A model generated the notes under the pieces. It was not told the DNA's origin. It searched no databases and worked only from the letters and a program-made list of their open reading frames with translations. DNA of 64,000 bases from Ranitomeya imitator (Eukaryota): contig NC_091284.1 of assembly GCF_032444005.1 (NCBI RefSeq), forward strand, positions 195,052,001 through 195,116,000. Reading direction: 5' to 3'. Below, piece after piece: positions 61,315-64,000 of this stretch. Every line of letters starts with the position of its first letter. Positions within the stretch are counted from its first letter, which is position 1. The position numbers were made by a program, and so were the translations under genes.

Positions 61315-63999
61315 CTAGGTGTCAGCCGGGCAAGGTGGGGCAAAAGATTTCGAAATCCAGTTGTGGTTCATTTTAATGAAGGTTAGATCATCTACATTTT
61401 GGGTAGCCAGACGAGTCCTTTTTTCTGTTAGTATTGAACCTGCAGCACTGAATACTCTTTCTGATAGGACACTAGCTGCCGGGCAAGCAAGCTCCTGCAA
61501 TGCATATTCTGCCAATTCTGGCCAGGTGTCTAATTTTGATGACCAGTAATCAAATGGGAATGACGGTTGAGGGAGAACATCGATAAGGGATGAAAAATAG
61601 TTTGTAACCATACTGGACAATGTTGTCTCCTGTCACTTTGAATTGATGCTGCAGTACCTGTCCTGTCTGCGGTCATAGCAAAATCACTCCACAACCTGGT
61701 CAGAAAACCCCTCTGGCCAACGCCACTTCTGATTTCTGCCCCTCTAACTCCTCTGGTCTGCTGGCCCCTGCAGCTCGTGTGAGAACGATCACGGGCGCTG
61801 TGTGCAGGGAATGCCAGAAGCAAACGGTCAACAAGAGTTGATTGTTTGGTTGCTAATATTAGTTCCAAGTTCTCATGTGGCATTATATTTTGCAATTTGC
61901 CTTTATAGCGAGGATCAAGGAGGCAGGCCAACCAGCAATCGTCATCATTCATCATTTTAGTTATGCGTGTGTCCCTTTTGAGGATACGTAAGGCATAATC
62001 CGCCATATGGGCCAAAGTTCCAGTTCTCAAATCTGCGGTTGTGCTTGGTTGAGGGGCAGTTTCAGGCAAATCCACGTCACTTGTGTCCCTCCAAAAACCA
62101 GAACCCGGCCTTGCCGTGCCACCAATTTCCAGTGGCCCCGGAAAAGCTTCCTCATTAAAAATATAATCATCCCCATCATCCTCCTCGTCCTCCTCCTCCT
62201 CTTTGCCCGCTAACTCGTCCTGTACACTGCCCTGGCCAGACAATGGCTGACTGTCATCAAGGCTTTCCTCTTCCTCAGCTGCAGATGCCTGATCCTTTAT
62301 GTGCGTCAAACTTTGCATCAGCAGACGCATTAGGGGGATGCTCATGCTTATTATGGCATTGTCTGCACTAACCAGCCGTGTGCATTCCTCAAAACACTGA
62401 AGGACTTGACACATGTCTTGAATCTTCGACCACTGCACACCTGACAACTCCATGTCTGCCATCCTACTGCCTGCCCGTGTATGTGTATCCTCCCACAAAA
62501 AACATAACAGCCCGCCTCTGTTCGCACAGTCTCTGAAGCATGTGCAGTGTTGAGTTCCACCTTGTTGCAACGTCTATGATTAGGCGATGCTGGGGAAGGT
62601 TCAAAGAACGCTGATAGGTCTGCATACGGCTGGAGTGTACGGGCGAACGGCGGATATGTGAGCAAAGTCCACGCACTTTGAGGAGCAGGTCGGATAACCC
62701 CGGATAACTTTTCAGGAAGCACTGCACCACCAGGTTTAAGGTGTGAGCCAGGCAAGGAATGTGTTTCAGTTGGGAAAGGGAGATGGCAGCCATGAAATTC
62801 CTTCCGTTATCACTCACTACCTTGCCTGCCTCAAGATCTACAGTGCCCAGCCACGACTGCGTTTCTTTCTGCAAGAACTCGGACAGAACTTCCGCGGTGT
62901 GTCTGTTGTCGCCCAAACACTTCATAGCCAATACAGCCTGCTGACGTTTGCCAGTAGCTGCCCCATAATGGGAGACCTGGTGTGCAACAGTGGCAGCTGC
63001 GGATGGAGTGGTTGTGCGACTGCGGTCTGTGGACGAGCTCTCGCTTCTGCAGGAGGACGAAGAGGAGGAGGAGGGGGTGCGAACGGCTACAGCCAATTGT
63101 TTCCTAGACCGTGGGCTAGGCAGAACTGTCCCAAACTTGCTGTCCCCTGTGGACCCTGCATCCACCATATTTACCCAGTGTGCCGTGATGGACACGTAAC
63201 GTCCCTGGCCATGCCTACTGGTCCATGCATCTGTTGTCAGGTGCACCTTTGTGCTCACAGATTGCCTGAGTGCATGGACGATGCGCTCTTTAACATGCTG
63301 GTGGAGAGCTGGGATGGCTTTTCTGGAAAAAAAGTGTCGACTGGGTAGCTCGTAGCGTGGTACAGCGTAGTCCATCAGGGCTTTGAAAGCTTCGCTTTCA
63401 ACTAACCGGTAGGGCATCATCTCTAACGAGATTAGTCTAGCTATGTGTGCGTTCAAACCCTGTGTACGCGGATGCGAGGCTAAGTACTTCCTTTTTCTAA
63501 CCATAGTCTCATGTAGGGTGAGCTGGACTGGAGAGTTGGAGATCGTGGAACTAGCGGGGGTGCCGGTGGACATGGCAGACTGAGAGACGGTGGGAGATGG
63601 TATTGTTGCCGCCGGTGCCCTAGATGCAGTGTTTCCTACTACGAAACTGGTGATTCCCTGACCATGACTGCTTTGGCCTGGCAAAGAAACCTGCGCAGAT
63701 ACTGCAGGTGGTGCGGAAAATGGTGGCCCTACACTGCCGGAAGGGATGTTGCGTTGCTGATTAGCTTCATTGGCCGAGGGTGCTACAACCTTAAGGGACG
63801 TTTGGTAGTTAGTCCAGGCTTGCAAATGCATGGTGGTTAAATGTCTATGCATGCAACTTGTATTGAGACTTTTCAGATTCTGTCCTCTGCTTAAGGTAGT
63901 TGAACATTTTTGACAGATGACTTTGCGCTGATCAATTGGATGTTGTTTAAAAAAATGCCAGACTGCACTCTTTCTAGCATCGGATACCTTTTCAGGCAT
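61315..63999 (-). pseudogene. hAT transposase with BED finger, catalytic DDE and C-terminal dimerisation domain; two frameshifts
   Basis: AVWHFF..CQKC..HLTTMH, TTDAWTS, VSDNG, PCLAHTLNL, DVATRWNST, CLLDPRYK and PAASVLSERVFSAAG..RTRL. Split across ORFs 62464-63999, 61530-62570 and 61315-61620. The start codon may lie beyond the window. Confidence 0.93.
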
Positions 64000-64000
64000 T

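Larger units (their letters stand above)
56407..64000 (-). mobile_element. Large hAT (Ac-like) DNA transposon, extending beyond the window
   Basis: Terminus tagagttgagcg at 56407 resembles the hAT MITE TIRs, and a transposase lies on the minus strand. Predicted TSD ctaaccac at 56399-56406; the other end is not visible. Confidence 0.85.

Noticed and set aside
62007-63348. Plus-strand ORFs of 60-201 aa
   Set aside because: They are antisense shadows of the hAT transposase.

Overview
Eukaryotic, almost wholly repeat-derived 64-kb window with no host protein-coding gene I can support. The repeat families look like anuran (frog) DNA, which is an inference. Main contents: (1) three full-length chromodomain-bearing Gypsy (Tf1/sushi-type) LTR retrotransposons on the minus strand at 20621-26737, 28592-34321 and 36402-42523. 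Two have intact gag-pol ORFs, one has a single frameshift, and all three show self-priming (tRNA-independent) primer sites. (2) A solo LTR. (3) A 3-kb TSD-flanked, L1-derived, ORF1-only (HAL1-like) element whose ORF carries an unrecognised duplicated N-terminal module. (4) Three copies of a TTAA-flanked non-autonomous DNA element; two carry telomere-like arrays and ~390-bp tandem units. (5) A 5'-truncated and inverted Penelope-like element with a GIY-YIG domain and a degenerate hammerhead motif. (6) A large hAT element with a BED-finger transposase, two internal minisatellites and related MITEs. (7) An L2 5' fragment with a 2A-like motif. (8) Tc1 and Tc2-like fragments and several MITEs. All alignments and difference counts were done by eye, so counts are minimums.
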